IMG/VR virus record: IMGVR_UViG_3300035698_024877
Span: 31,338-95,337 of that record
DNA length: 64,000 nt
Direction: 5' to 3' (one strand)
From: a virus
The notes beneath the pieces are model-generated. The model had not been told where the DNA came from. It made no database searches and was given only the letters and a program-made list of their open reading frames with translations. Positions within the stretch are counted from its first letter, which is position 1; each line of letters opens with the position of its first letter. Positions 22,625 through 34,204 of the stretch are shown one piece after another. The translations under genes and the position numbers were made by a program.

Positions 22625-22645
22625 AGCCTAAGGGGCTTTTTTATT
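22625..22645 (+). terminator. possible intrinsic terminator
   Basis: AGCCT-AAG-GGGCT hairpin followed by a T-run. Confidence 0.45.
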
Positions 22646-22917
22646 TGGAGGCAAAAATGAAAAAATGTGATTTATGTGGGAATGTAGATATAGACCATTT
22701 ATATGAACTCACAGAATTTTCACAAACACATAGTGTGAAAGAAGTGTGTGAAGAATGTATAGATGAATTAAATGAGTACTATGCTAAAATTGATTCTTTA
22801 GTAGTATCTGTTATGCTTGATAGTAGAAAGAAAATTAAGTTTCGTGTTATGGATGCTATTAAAAAAAGGCGAAAAATTTAGATTGTGGGCATAAAAGTAA
22901 TTAATTTATAAACTTAT

Positions 22918-22937
22918 TTTTAAAATATAATAAAGTA
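22918..22937 (+). promoter_or_regulatory. class II promoter-like motif
   Basis: Exact core upstream of 22953. Confidence 0.75.
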
Positions 22938-23787
22938 AGAGGTAAAAATTAAATGTATTTTAAAGAATTTACTGTGTTTGGGTGTATGGAAGCTGTATTT
23001 CCTCTTGACAAATCATTAATTACTATGCAGTTGCATGATAATTTTGTGTGGTTTCCACACTTCAGCACTCTTATAGTATGTGAGCAAAAATGCCGTAATG
23101 AATACGGTGTTAAGTGGTTATGGTTTTATTTAGGTGTATCTAATATAGGGGAGTATTAAATGAAGTATATTGGTGAAGTTCAGTTACAATTAAAGTGGGA
23201 TTGTGAATTTGTATGGAAACCTTTTTTCTTTAATGGAGTACCTTATCCCACATTAGTACACGGATTGAGTTGGGAAATTTATGGTATAGGGTGGCTATGG
23301 TTTTACTTAGCTATCTCTAGAGCATATAAAAATAATAAAGACAAACAAACATCTAAAATTTATGGATGTGAGGAGTAAAAATGACAACAATAAATAGGGC
23401 TATGCCCACAATGATACGAAGAGCTATTAGAAAAGGTTTGATTGTAATCGGGCCTGATGGCGATTGGTATGAACATGTAGAAGGCAGTACTTATTACAAT
23501 CATGCAACTGAAACTTATATAGACTACATAGGAGTTGAATTTAAAGCAGCATAGTAGGAGAGGCTAATGCTTAATATAGAAATAACAGTGCTTTGTGAGT
23601 GCGGAGAAGAACTGGATGGTGTAAGTGAAGTACGGGGACACAGACTTTTTATTATTGTGCAACATTGTATAAGCTGTGGGGAAAGGAATAAAGAGATAGG
23701 GTTCGAAGAGGGATATGATGCAAATGAGATGTAGGGCTAGCTAAAAGAGAGATGGATATGAAAAGTTCAAATTTTAGAGGAGTAAAA

Positions 23788-24053
23788 ATGAAGGAAGTAA
23801 TTTATAAGTACCCACTTAAAGTTGAAGATGTCCAATCTTTAAACTTATCTGAGAAGTGCACACATTTATGTGTAGATGCTATAAATAACAAAATATTTTT
23901 TGGTGTAAAGAAGATCTAACTTCACGCACCAAAACATATAAAATTTATATGTATGGAACAGGAGAGAGACAGGAAGAAATTAAAGGAGATTATTTAGGAG
24001 CAGTTCAACTGTCTGGGGGTTTACAAGTTTACCATATATTTATATCTGATTAA
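23788..24053 (+). pseudogene. small conserved phage gene frameshifted at a T6 run
   Basis: MKEVIYKYPL... continues in the -1 frame as ...YMYGTGE...YLGAVQLSGGLQVYHIF; T6 at 23896-23901. Confidence 0.6.
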
Positions 24054-24125
24054 GTCTATTATAGGCGGTTTATTTTTTGTTTATGCTGTTTGGCTTGAGT
24101 TTAATTTTAAATAAAGAGGTATGTA

Positions 24126-24482
24126 ATGGGAGTAAGCACTGACGGTATTTTATTCTATGGGATTCCATATGGTGAAGGTTACGACGATGGGCTTGAAGCT
24201 CCATGGTGGGATGGTTGTGGTGACGAAGAACAAAATCCTGAATTGCGTTGTGACGGCCCTGAAGAGTACTATGCTATAAAAATGGGTGTAATACCCCCGG
24301 TAGAAGAGTATTCAGAAGAGCTTTCTATTAGAGAAGAGTTTTCTAAATATTGGAAGGCACAGAGTGCTATATATGAAAAATCAGGTTGTGGTATTATTTA
24401 TTACTGCTCTGACCCATGTACTATGTTGGCGGAAACCATTTTATTGAGATTCAAAAAGACAAAGAAGATAACGTTTGGATAA
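24126..24482 (+). CDS. hypothetical phage protein, probably 3'-truncated at the rtcB junction
   Basis: MGVSTDGILFYG start with GAGGT RBS; overlaps the rtcB frame. Confidence 0.6.
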   Translation: MGVSTDGILFYGIPYGEGYDDGLEAPWWDGCGDEEQNPELRCDGPEEYYAIKMGVIPPVEEYSEELSIREEFSKYWKAQSAIYEKSGCGIIYYCSDPCTMLAETILLRFKKTKKITFG

Positions 24483-25153
24483 TGTTGCATTCTGGTAGTA
24501 GAAATTTTGGGTATAAGATTGCAAATCGTTATAATAATATAGCAAAAGAATTAAATAAGAGATGGTTCTCACAAGTATTAAAGGAATGTGATTTGGCTTT
24601 TTTACCTTTAGATACAATAGCAGGTATTAATTATTTAGAGGCTATGAGATTTGCAGTAGACTTCGCACTTGCAAATAGAAGGCGTATGCTAAAAAGAATA
24701 GAAGAGATTCTATATAATGTTGATAAAATATCCCTCAATGAACCAATAAACATTGCTCACAATTATGCTGCTATGGAAAATCATTTTGGGAAGAATGTAA
24801 TGGTGCATAGAAAAGGAGCAACAAGAGCTCGTGAAGGAGAAGTGGGCATAATTCCAGGATCTCAAGGAACGGCCTCGTATATTGTAGAGGGGCTGGGAAA
24901 TAAGGAAAGTTTTATGTCTTGCTCTCATGGAGCTGGCAGGAAAATGGGGCGAAAGCAGGCAAAAAAAGAATTGGATTTAGCGGTAGAAAAAGGCAGATTA
25001 GACGATTTAGGTATTATTCATAGTGTACGAAGTATAGATAACTTAGATGAAGCTTCGGGGGCATACAAGGATATAGAGACTGTTATGGGAAACCAAAAAG
25101 ATTTAGTAAAGATAGTAACAAAATTAAAACCAATAGCTGTAATTAAGGGGTAA
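24416..25153 (+). pseudogene. rtcB: RtcB RNA ligase, C-terminal portion only
   Basis: GGNHFIE, LHSGSRNFG, AHNYA, HRKGAT, IPGSQG, SCSHGAGR, DEA..AYK, LKP..VIKG; the N-terminal region carrying the metal-binding Asp/Cys is absent. Confidence 0.85.
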
Positions 25154-25155
25154 AA

Positions 25156-25392
25156 ATGTTAAATGATATAGGCACCAATAAAAAAGAAATAACTTTTGAT
25201 GAGCTTGATGATGAAAGAAAAGCATATGCATCAGAAGCTTTACGATGCAAGCTAAAGCTTGTTTATGCTGGTGGGCATCATGTTGTCGGTTGTAATGGTA
25301 CACATCATTTTGTTTTTCGTGGGCATCGTGACAGATATGATGGTAGGTGTTGGTGTAAAAAACTAAAACCATTAGCTGCAATAAAAGGATGA
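25156..25392 (+). CDS. hypothetical protein ending in a duplicated RtcB C-terminus
   Basis: KLKPLAAIKG* vs RtcB KLKPIAVIKG*. Confidence 0.6.
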   Translation: MLNDIGTNKKEITFDELDDERKAYASEALRCKLKLVYAGGHHVVGCNGTHHFVFRGHRDRYDGRCWCKKLKPLAAIKG

Positions 25393-26429
25393 TGTAATGA
25401 ATATGTTTGATCGATATTTAAGAGGGAAATATGGATAAAAGATTTAGGTGCTCAGTTTGCGGATACATCTCTTATTTTAGACAAGATGATTGTTCGAGGT
25501 GTGGTAGTAGAGCTATGAAGGAAATTTAAAATGAAAATAAATGGGGAAAAGAAATGATGAATAAGCCTATCATGAAGGGTGTTTCTGTAAATATACGATC
25601 TATTATAGTCGAAACTATAAATGGGAAAGTTGAAGAATATTTTAATATAATTATCTATGGCTATGTGTGCGAACAGTTAATTTATAGTATTCAGTGTTAT
25701 GATTCTGATGGCATGAGAATGCGTATTAACTATTCGGTAGCAAACATCGTTTCTGCTAGAATAATGTATTATGGGAATGAGCAAAGTTAAATAAAAAAAC
25801 GATATTGTAGTATAGCTATTAAATTAGCTAAGGGGTAAAAATTATGAAACGATTAATTTCTTATAATGTTTATGAAACATATCATTATGGTGATTATTAT
25901 GAGTATAGCAAAGCTAGCATTATTGGTTCTTTTCCCAATATAAAAGATGCAATACTGTTTAGAAAGAAGAAAGAAGAAGAAAGGAATGTGTCGTGGAGAA
26001 GCGAAAGAAAAGCAACTAATTATTCTATTTTGTCTTCAAATATAGAGATGAAATTAAAAACTATAGATAGTGATTTTTCTAAAATAGAAGAAAGTGGGGA
26101 ATGAAAGGAGGTCGAAGTGTCTCTGTATACAGTATTTAGTCCAGAATTTGAAGTCGCTTGTGACTGTGTTGGGGGTTATTGCCGATATGAACAAGAAAGC
26201 TGGGTGGTGTATGTTGAAGCAGAAAATAGAAACATAGCAAAAGCTAAAGCTTTAAAGGAATTTAGAAGGCAGGGGTTTGATTTTGATACAGCAGAAAACC
26301 CATTTTCTGGTATGGAAATAAAATCAATAGATGATTGGACAGAGGAAGCTAAATTACGGATAAGAAATGGCCCCACAGAACCATGTAGTGATTATATAAA
26401 TTATTGGAAAAATTATTATATAAAGTAAA

Positions 26430-26450
26430 TTTTAAAATATAATAGTAGTA
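26430..26450 (+). promoter_or_regulatory. class II promoter-like motif
   Basis: TTTTAAAATATAATAGTAGTA. Confidence 0.7.
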
Positions 26451-26496
26451 TAGGTATAGTAAATTGAAAGTTAGTTATAATTAAGGGAGTAATAAG

Positions 26497-26706
26497 ATGA
26501 GCAAAAAAGTAGCGCTACTTGAAAATAATTTAGGAAAGCTTTCTGAAAATATGGGTGGGCTTATTGATAGTGTAACAGAACTTACTACACTTATTACAGA
26601 ACTTGCTACTCAAGTTAAAGAAATTGCTACTCAAGTTAAAGATATTACTAATAGAGTTGAAGAGCTAGAAAGAACTACAATGAAGGACGTAATTGATATA
26701 AATTGA
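26497..26706 (+). CDS. heptad-repeat coiled-coil protein
   Basis: 21-nt imperfect tandem repeats encoding TELTTLI/TELATQV/KEIATQV. Confidence 0.7.
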   Translation: MSKKVALLENNLGKLSENMGGLIDSVTELTTLITELATQVKEIATQVKDITNRVEELERTTMKDVIDIN

Positions 26707-26738
26707 AAGTGAGTTGTTTTTAAATTTTAAAGAGGTGT

Positions 26739-28670
26739 ATGATGAGTTTCTTTTTTCAGGCAATTTTGTTTGGTGTGTTTTGTGGTATTAACCCTGCTTT
26801 TAGTCAACTTAAGCATAATCTAGCAGGTTATCTTGTAGGTTGGTTGTGGAGGGCAATTGTAATTTTTATTATAGCTTGGCTTTCATTGTTTCTTATTATG
26901 CCGTATTATGCTGGGCCTTTTATGGGGCTTACAGGTTTAATCTTGATTTTTGCTGGATTAAATATGGCAGTTTCAGTTATTATTTCATTGGAAAGTGGGG
27001 CTGAAGAAGATATTCCTTATGGGATTGTCGTCTATATTTTGTTTTTACTGCTTGCTATTGGCACGGCTTTTTATGGTGCAGAAATATTTAACGCTGAAGA
27101 GTATAGAGATCTTATTGGTAAAGTAGAAGTCAAAGAGTTTAAAGAAGATGTAAGACCAGTAGATGTTAAACACATCCGAGAAGTTTCTAAAGAGCAAGCA
27201 GAGGTTCTTGGTGGACGTGTTTTGGGTGAGGTGGAAGGAGCAATAGGAAGTAGATACGCTCCAGGAGAATACCATGTTCAAAGAATTAATGGAGAACTTT
27301 ATTGGGTTGCTCCTTTAGAATATCAGGGATTTTTTAAATGGCTAAATTATGAGTATACAATAGGGTATATTGAAGTATCAGCAGAAAGTAACTCAAGAAA
27401 GCCAGAATTTGTAACTAAAGATAAAGATGGCAACCCTTACAAGTTTAGATTTCTTGAATCAGGTTTTTTTGGGGATAATTTAAAAAGACACATTTATACT
27501 CATGGATATATGGATGTGGCGCTTACGGAGTTTACTCTTGAGATTGATGATCAATTAAAACCGTGGCATGTTGTCTCTATTGTAGAGCCTTCTATTACTT
27601 ACTGGGGATGGATCGTTAAAGGTGTTGTAATAGTAGACCCCCAAACTGGAGAAATAACTGAATATAAAATTGGAGAAATACCAGAATGGGTGGACAGAGT
27701 TTTTCCTGAAAAAATTGTGGAAAAACGAATTAGTGATTGGGGAGCTTATGTTCATGGGTTTTGGAATTCAATATTCAAGGAAGAAGATGTAATTAAACCA
27801 GTTACTTTAAGTGAGATAGTAGCTAGTAGCGATGGTGGGACATATGAACGTAGCGTATCGTCAGATGTTTTTCTTACTTGGAGTAGCAATGACAAACCAT
27901 GTTGGTTTGTTGGTTTAACCTCATCGAAGAATACAGATCAATCTATGGTTGGTTTTATTATGATTAATTCAAGAACAGGAAAAGCTACTAAGTATACAAC
28001 AAGCGGTGTTAGTGAAGATGGGGCTGTTGATTCTGTTGTTAGCGCTCTTGGAGCAGAGGCAGCACGATGGAAACCAGTGCAACCAATTCTATATAGTGTT
28101 TATGGAAAGCCAACATGGATTATGCCTATTATTGATATTGATAAATGCCTATTTCAAGAAATTGCTTTTGTAGATGTCAGCAATTCTAAAGTTGTTAGAG
28201 GAAAGACTAAAAAAGAAACACTTAGATTATATAGTGATTTAATCACGGCAGGAGGAAAAGAAGAAGTTCCTGGAATGGAAAATATGCTTAAATCTATAAC
28301 AGGAATTGTAGAAAGATTTGCTCTTGTCCATAATGGGATGTATTATTTTACGCTCTTTTCAGTAAAAGATAAGATATTTTCTGGAGATTGGAAAGTATCT
28401 GACGAACTTCCATTAACAAATAAAAGAGACAAAGTAAGAGTTAAGTACCTTGACACTGACGAAGGGGTTGTGCAGATTAGGAGTTTTGATAACCTGCATA
28501 TAGCTATAACTAAATCTCCTGTATCAATAGAATTTGAAGAGCAAAGAGATAAAACTAAAAAAAGGATTAAAGCTTCTGGAGATTTAGACGATATTAGAGA
28601 AACGATTAACAAAATGACTCCTGAAGAACTTGAGAAATTAAAAAAAGGGATTAAAACTTTTGAAAAATAA
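26739..28670 (+). CDS. large membrane protein with extracytoplasmic domain
   Basis: About 4 N-terminal TM helices, then about 520 aa soluble region (WVAPLEY, IPEWVDRVFP, WGAYVHGFWNS). Confidence 0.8.
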   Translation: MMSFFFQAILFGVFCGINPAFSQLKHNLAGYLVGWLWRAIVIFIIAWLSLFLIMPYYAGPFMGLTGLILIFAGLNMAVSVIISLESGAEEDIPYGIVVYILFLLLAIGTAFYGAEIFNAEEYRDLIGKVEVKEFKEDVRPVDVKHIREVSKEQAEVLGGRVLGEVEGAIGSRYAPGEYHVQRINGELYWVAPLEYQGFFKWLNYEYTIGYIEVSAESNSRKPEFVTKDKDGNPYKFRFLESGFFGDNLKRHIYTHGYMDVALTEFTLEIDDQLKPWHVVSIVEPSITYWGWIVKGVVIVDPQTGEITEYKIGEIPEWVDRVFPEKIVEKRISDWGAYVHGFWNSIFKEEDVIKPVTLSEIVASSDGGTYERSVSSDVFLTWSSNDKPCWFVGLTSSKNTDQSMVGFIMINSRTGKATKYTTSGVSEDGAVDSVVSALGAEAARWKPVQPILYSVYGKPTWIMPIIDIDKCLFQEIAFVDVSNSKVVRGKTKKETLRLYSDLITAGGKEEVPGMENMLKSITGIVERFALVHNGMYYFTLFSVKDKIFSGDWKVSDELPLTNKRDKVRVKYLDTDEGVVQIRSFDNLHIAITKSPVSIEFEEQRDKTKKRIKASGDLDDIRETINKMTPEELEKLKKGIKTFEK

Positions 28671-29110
28671 TCTTATATCAAGACTTGATGAAAATGAGTT
28701 GGAAAAAGATGGGTAATGTAATAGATTTAGATGAAAAGAGAAGAGAAAGAGATCCCCATGTAGCAGGATTAGCTTTTTGTATTAGTTGTGAGTATGAGTG
28801 GACAGCCGTTGCTCCACAAGATGTTGTTTGGTTAGAATGTCCAAATTGTAAAGTTATTAAGGGACTATTTAAGCATCATCATGGTCCAAATGACGATGAG
28901 TATCTATATGTGTGTTCTTGTGAAAATACGTTATTTATTATAACACCATATCATTTTCTTTGCCCAAATTGTGGCATTAGAAAACCAAGAGAAGATATAG
29001 CTTAAGAGGGAAACAATGGCTAAAAATCATGGCACTATTGAATTATTAAAAGTCGCAAAGGAAATGACAGTAGCAGAAAAAATTGAACAAGAGGAGAAAT
29101 GATTAAATTA

Positions 29111-29187
29111 GCCCCATTGCAATGATGCAAACTACCCATCACTCACGAGGATTTCGCTCCGGCGAATAGTAGGGTGGGTAGTGGGGC
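29111..29187 (+). ncRNA. GC-rich branched intergenic structure
   Basis: GCCCCA/TGGGGC, TTGCA/TGCAA, CTACCCATC/GGTGGGTAG, TTCGC/GCGAA. Confidence 0.55.
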
Positions 29188-30063
29188 ATTATATGGAAAT
29201 AACACAAAATAATTAACTCTTTGCTACCAGAAGAGATTGCTAAAGAGTGGTATGGAAAATAGTTTTAAAAATGTTAGAAAAATTAAAGGTGGATATTAAA
29301 TGACTCTTGATGTTACTATAGGTAAAATAGAAATATTTCGAGAATATAAAGAAGACGATGATTATGAAAAGTATGATAGATATTTGGTTGTCAATACTAT
29401 AGTAGTAGAATGTCCAGATCTTGATTATGATTTATGCAGTTCAAATCATACAATGTGGCCAAGGAAGTCTTGGAGATCTGGAAACACCTCATTTTTTATT
29501 GGTTTTTTTGAAAGCTACTTGCCTGAAACATATCAAAGGTTTGTATATAAAGATAAATGGGAATCAGTTTCAGTTGCTTTTTTACAGCCAGTTATTGAGG
29601 AGATAAAGGCATTAAAAATACCACTTCCACCTATTCAGGCAGATAGAATGAAGTGGTTTAAATTTTGGTGCGAAAGAGCTGTAGATTTATATGGAGAAAA
29701 TGCTGGAATAATGTTTTGTTAAATAAAGAAGGATATTACATAGAAAAATATGATAAAGACTAAATTAATTGTTCTTTTATTAAAAATAATTACTTTTTTA
29801 AATAAAAAGCAGAGCAATGCTTTTTTATCTGTGTTTACTGTAGATAATAAAAAAGGCTCTTTTATATGCTCAGTTGTTGGTAAACGGTCTGATATTGCTA
29901 ATATGCTTTGTCAACTTTTACAAATGGAACCAGATCTAATAGATGCAATTGTTCAACATGGGCAAGCGTCTAGCTTTGATAAAGAAACGTTTAAGAATCT
30001 TTTAAATAATCTACACACTTTTGAGCAAAAATATTTAATGTAATAATATTTCTAAGATTAAAT

Positions 30064-30083
30064 TTTTAAAATATAATAAAGTA
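30064..30083 (+). promoter_or_regulatory. class II promoter-like motif
   Basis: Exact core upstream of 30097. Confidence 0.75.
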
Positions 30084-32583
30084 TAAAGGATATAATATGA
30101 AAAGTGAAGTTGAGAAAAATCAAATAGCCACAAGAGCAAGAATAAGCCCTAAACTATTTAAAGAATGGGAGGCAGCAAGTGGTGAAGGACAGATTTTACG
30201 AGATTATGTTTTGCTAATGCTTGAATTGCAATATACTGATAACGAGCTTAGAGATGTTATAAGTCAATACATTAAAGGTATGAGGAGGAATTAAGATTGC
30301 GTACAAGAGAAAAATACTGTATGTATTTTAGATGAGAAAATAAAATGGAATTGGAATTTATTTTTTTTATGTTTTTGATTATTTTAGCTGCATCTGATTC
30401 AATGATATTAGCTGTAGTTACAAATTCAAGTTTTAAATTTGTAACAGCATTACTAATTAAATTGGTAATATATGCTTTTTGTTTACTTTTTACTTTACTT
30501 TATGCAATTAATATGCTATATTAATTTAACATTTAAAAGGGGTACGTGATGCTATCAAAGTATGATATTATGAGAGATTGGTTTTATTCAGAAATAAATA
30601 AAACAGAAGCTGAACAGAAAGAACATGCACCAACATTAGAAACTCAGGCAAATCGTTATTATGAAGGTTTTATAGATGGACTTAAAACTTCTAGAGAAAA
30701 ATATATTGATACTCATAGAAAGAAAGTAAAATGAAGCATATTAAATTTAAAGAATGTAACATAATATTTGGCAAAGATCAATCAGAATATTTGCCTTTAT
30801 TTGCACATAAGGCAGCAGATGGAGAAGTAACTTCTTGTTGGAAATTATCTTTTTTGGAAAGATTAAAGATATTGTTTTTTGGTCGTGTGTATGTAAAGGT
30901 TTTGACATTTAATACGGTGCTACAACCAATTAAAATATCAGTTAATAAGTTAGTTAAAAAGCGAAAGCGCTATACTAAAGAATGGTGGAATTAAATGAAA
31001 ATTAAAAAACTTACTTTATACTTTTCTGGTATAGAAAATTATTACAAGAGAAAAGATATTGAAAAATGTTTAGAAGGTTTAGAGTACAATACAGAAGTAT
31101 GGGTAACAATAGAAGCTAGCAAACGCAAACCTTCATGGTATTGTTCTAGAGCGTATATTACCCCTACTTTAGTTGTTAGGTGGTTTGGACTTATTGTGTG
31201 GGTTTATGAAGGGAAATATGATGTTTGGTTATATGGGCATAAAAAGAAAAAGAGAAATAAAGCTTGGAATAAAGCAAAAAAACTTTTTATAACAAGGAAA
31301 TAAAATGAGTTGGAGTATTTATTTAGAAAGGAAAAAAGGATTAAGAAGAAAAAAGTATGTTATTTGTAATGTTCCTCGCTTTTGTGAAGGTGGAACATAT
31401 TGTCTTGGTGGGGAAGAAGTAGCTAATCTTAACGTTACTTATAATTACGGTGAGTTTTTTTCTTTTGGTGATCTCCATAATAAAAAAGCTAAACACACTA
31501 TTAAAATTCTTCAAAAGGTAGTAAAAGAACTTGGAACTAATACAGACAAAGATTATTGGGCAAGGACTCCAGGTAATGTTGGGCATGCTTGTAATATTCT
31601 TTTAAATTGGGCAAAACAACATCCAAAAGCTGTTTGGAGAGTTTCTTGAAAATAAAGCACACATGTGTTATGAAAAAGACTGTTGATAAAGAGACACAGA
31701 AAAATAATTATTATAGTGAGCATTAAATAATGGTAGATGAAACAAAAATAGCCTTTCCAGATGATATTATTGTGGCCATATTAAGCTATCTTCCTAAAGA
31801 TTTTAGGTTTAAAATGGACAGAGAAATAGTCCATAAAACGTTTTTTCAGTTTAAGAAAAAGTACCCTAAAATATTTAATGGTTTTGCTTTTGATAAAGAT
31901 GGGCTTTTTCCTGCTAGCACTGTTATAGATCAAGCATTTAATAACTTGGAGATGTCAAAACACTTAAGAATGTTTGATATTGATGAGCATATGTATATTG
32001 TAAATAATTCTTTAAAAGAATATTATATAAGAAGTATAAAAGAAAATGTTTTAGAATATGAAGAGGACATTAAAAAAATGGCAAAAGAAATTAAAAAGAA
32101 ATGGAGTGACACGGCATGAGCATAATAACATTTACTGTGTTCTGGTTTGCTATGTTTATAGGCTATTATTTAGCGCTTAGATTAGCAGTAAAAGTAACGG
32201 TTATGCAAGCTATTATAACTAGCGTAGTTTTTGCTGCTTTAACATATTTTATAGCTTTTATAGTGGAGGTACTTAAAAAATATGTGGAAGTTATTTAAAA
32301 AATATAATAATTTCATATTATTTGATTTAAGCTTAACGTTCTTTGACCATAAAGTAAATCCACTTTATTTTGCAATTACACAGTATCCTGGATCGGTTTA
32401 TTTTGAATTTGGTTTATTAAGAATAGGTTATCCTCCATCAAGAGATTTGTTTTATCTTGAGTATCAACTTTGGGGTGAGAGCTGTAGCGCTGATAACTTA
32501 TCGATATCAGGTTTGTTTTGTTGGGAAAAATTTCGTAAAAGCTGGTTTTTTGACCATAACAAAAAATAAGGATGGTTTGTTTT

Positions 32584-32784
32584 ATGCCTATCTATGAATT
32601 TTGTTGTTCTAAATGCAATTGTAAAAAAGAGAAATTTTTTAGGTCAAATTTAGATTATGCAGAGGGGAATCCTATCTGCCCAAACTGTGGAATAAAAATG
32701 AAAAGAATTATTTCAAAAAATACTTTTCATCTTAAAGGTGGATACTGGACATATAGAAGAAAGCCTACTATAGAAAGAGAATAA
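32584..32784 (+). CDS. FmdB-family zinc ribbon protein
   Basis: MPIYEFxCxxC...CPNCG...RIIS...FHLKGGYW. Confidence 0.8.
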   Translation: MPIYEFCCSKCNCKKEKFFRSNLDYAEGNPICPNCGIKMKRIISKNTFHLKGGYWTYRRKPTIERE

Positions 32785-33502
32785 AAAAAAGGGAGATAGA
32801 ATTAAAATGATTAAAATAAAAATCGCTAATTTAGAAATTGAATTTGAAAAGTACGAAGAGTTTGAAAAATTTGTAGAGAACTTTAACTTTATAAAGGACT
32901 TTGGGGAGTTTTTAAAAATGCAAGAAGAAGCTCCTTATATTTCCTACGTTCCTCCTCTGACTTGTGAGACTTCCGATTCTTGGTCAGCATGGCGTGATGG
33001 GGTAAAGGTAGCGTCTACCGACAAGGATGGTATAATGAGAGATTCTGATGGTCATGTGTTTGAGTGGTGTTTAGCATCAGAAAATAATTGTGTATTGGGA
33101 ATAGTGGGTAGTGCTTAAATCGGGGAGTAACGGTGGTTGAGTACTTGGGCAGAAAGGTGGGAATCTGCCAAATCTTAGATATTTTGAATAGGAGGGGAGT
33201 ATGAGTATAAAAACAATAATAGAAGAAATCAAGTGGAAAATATATTTAGAAATCTTTAAGCGTGGGCCTCTTGTTTGTGATTTAACTGACACAGAAGTAA
33301 TTAAATTTGTTGAAGATGCTGGGTATGATATTAAAGATGTTGTAGGAAAAGATAATGATTAACCCACTCATTCTAGAAGATGCTACAAATTACAGCGCTG
33401 CTGAACTATTAAAGGTATGAAAAGCTGTAGAGAAAAACGACTGTTAAAGAATATAATGATCTTTATAATGAAACAATTAGGGAAATAGCAGAAAACATTA
33501 AA

Positions 33503-34204
33503 ATGGTTACTCCAGAACAACAAAAATTTAGACAAGTGATACTTATGATTGTTGGGGCTTATAAACAATCAAATGATGTGACTTGTTTACACGATCTTTT
33601 TTCTATTCTTACTCCTTATACTCATAAGGTTATAGATTCTATTATTTTAAAATATGATAGATATGTTGGCTTTGATATATTTGATGATCTTACAAATCAA
33701 AGCTACATTGAACTTGAGCGAGCTGTACAGTTATATGATTACACTCTTAATGATAATTTTATAAAATATTATGGAATGAGGTTGTCTTATACTCTTGGAA
33801 ATTTTATAAAGAAAGAACTTAGCCATTCTTTTCACACTACACGTTCACTAGAAAATAAACATAAGGCATATGATGTATCTTATATAAATGGTAGCGCTGG
33901 TTTGCTTCCTGAAGAATTAGATAATTTTGAATCTTCTATGGTAGGGATAATAGATTCTTTTTCTAATAAGTTAATAAAAAATAAAAGCTATTTTGATCAT
34001 AGAAATCCATTTTTAAACCAACTCGACTTTTTTTCTACAGGTTGTTTTTCTTTAGTAAATACTAATCAAAAAGTAATTTTCTTTTTTAGAAATTTAGTAA
34101 GTGACAATATAAGGCAGGCCGATGTGGCTGATTTTTTAGGGAGATCTCAAGCAACTGTTTCTTATATAGAAACAGATATACTTAAAAGATTTATAGGGGA
34201 ATGA
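33503..34204 (+). CDS. sigma-70 family RNA polymerase sigma factor (phage-encoded)
   Basis: Region-2-like DDLTNQSYIELERAVQLYD...FIKY; region-4 HTH QADVADFLGRSQATVSYIE. Confidence 0.7.
   Translation: MVTPEQQKFRQVILMIVGAYKQSNDVTCLHDLFSILTPYTHKVIDSIILKYDRYVGFDIFDDLTNQSYIELERAVQLYDYTLNDNFIKYYGMRLSYTLGNFIKKELSHSFHTTRSLENKHKAYDVSYINGSAGLLPEELDNFESSMVGIIDSFSNKLIKNKSYFDHRNPFLNQLDFFSTGCFSLVNTNQKVIFFFRNLVSDNIRQADVADFLGRSQATVSYIETDILKRFIGE

Noticed and set aside
29111-29187. Hammerhead or HDV-like ribozyme
   Set aside because: CUGANGA/GAAA core not matched, and no HDV P1/P1.1 pairing found.
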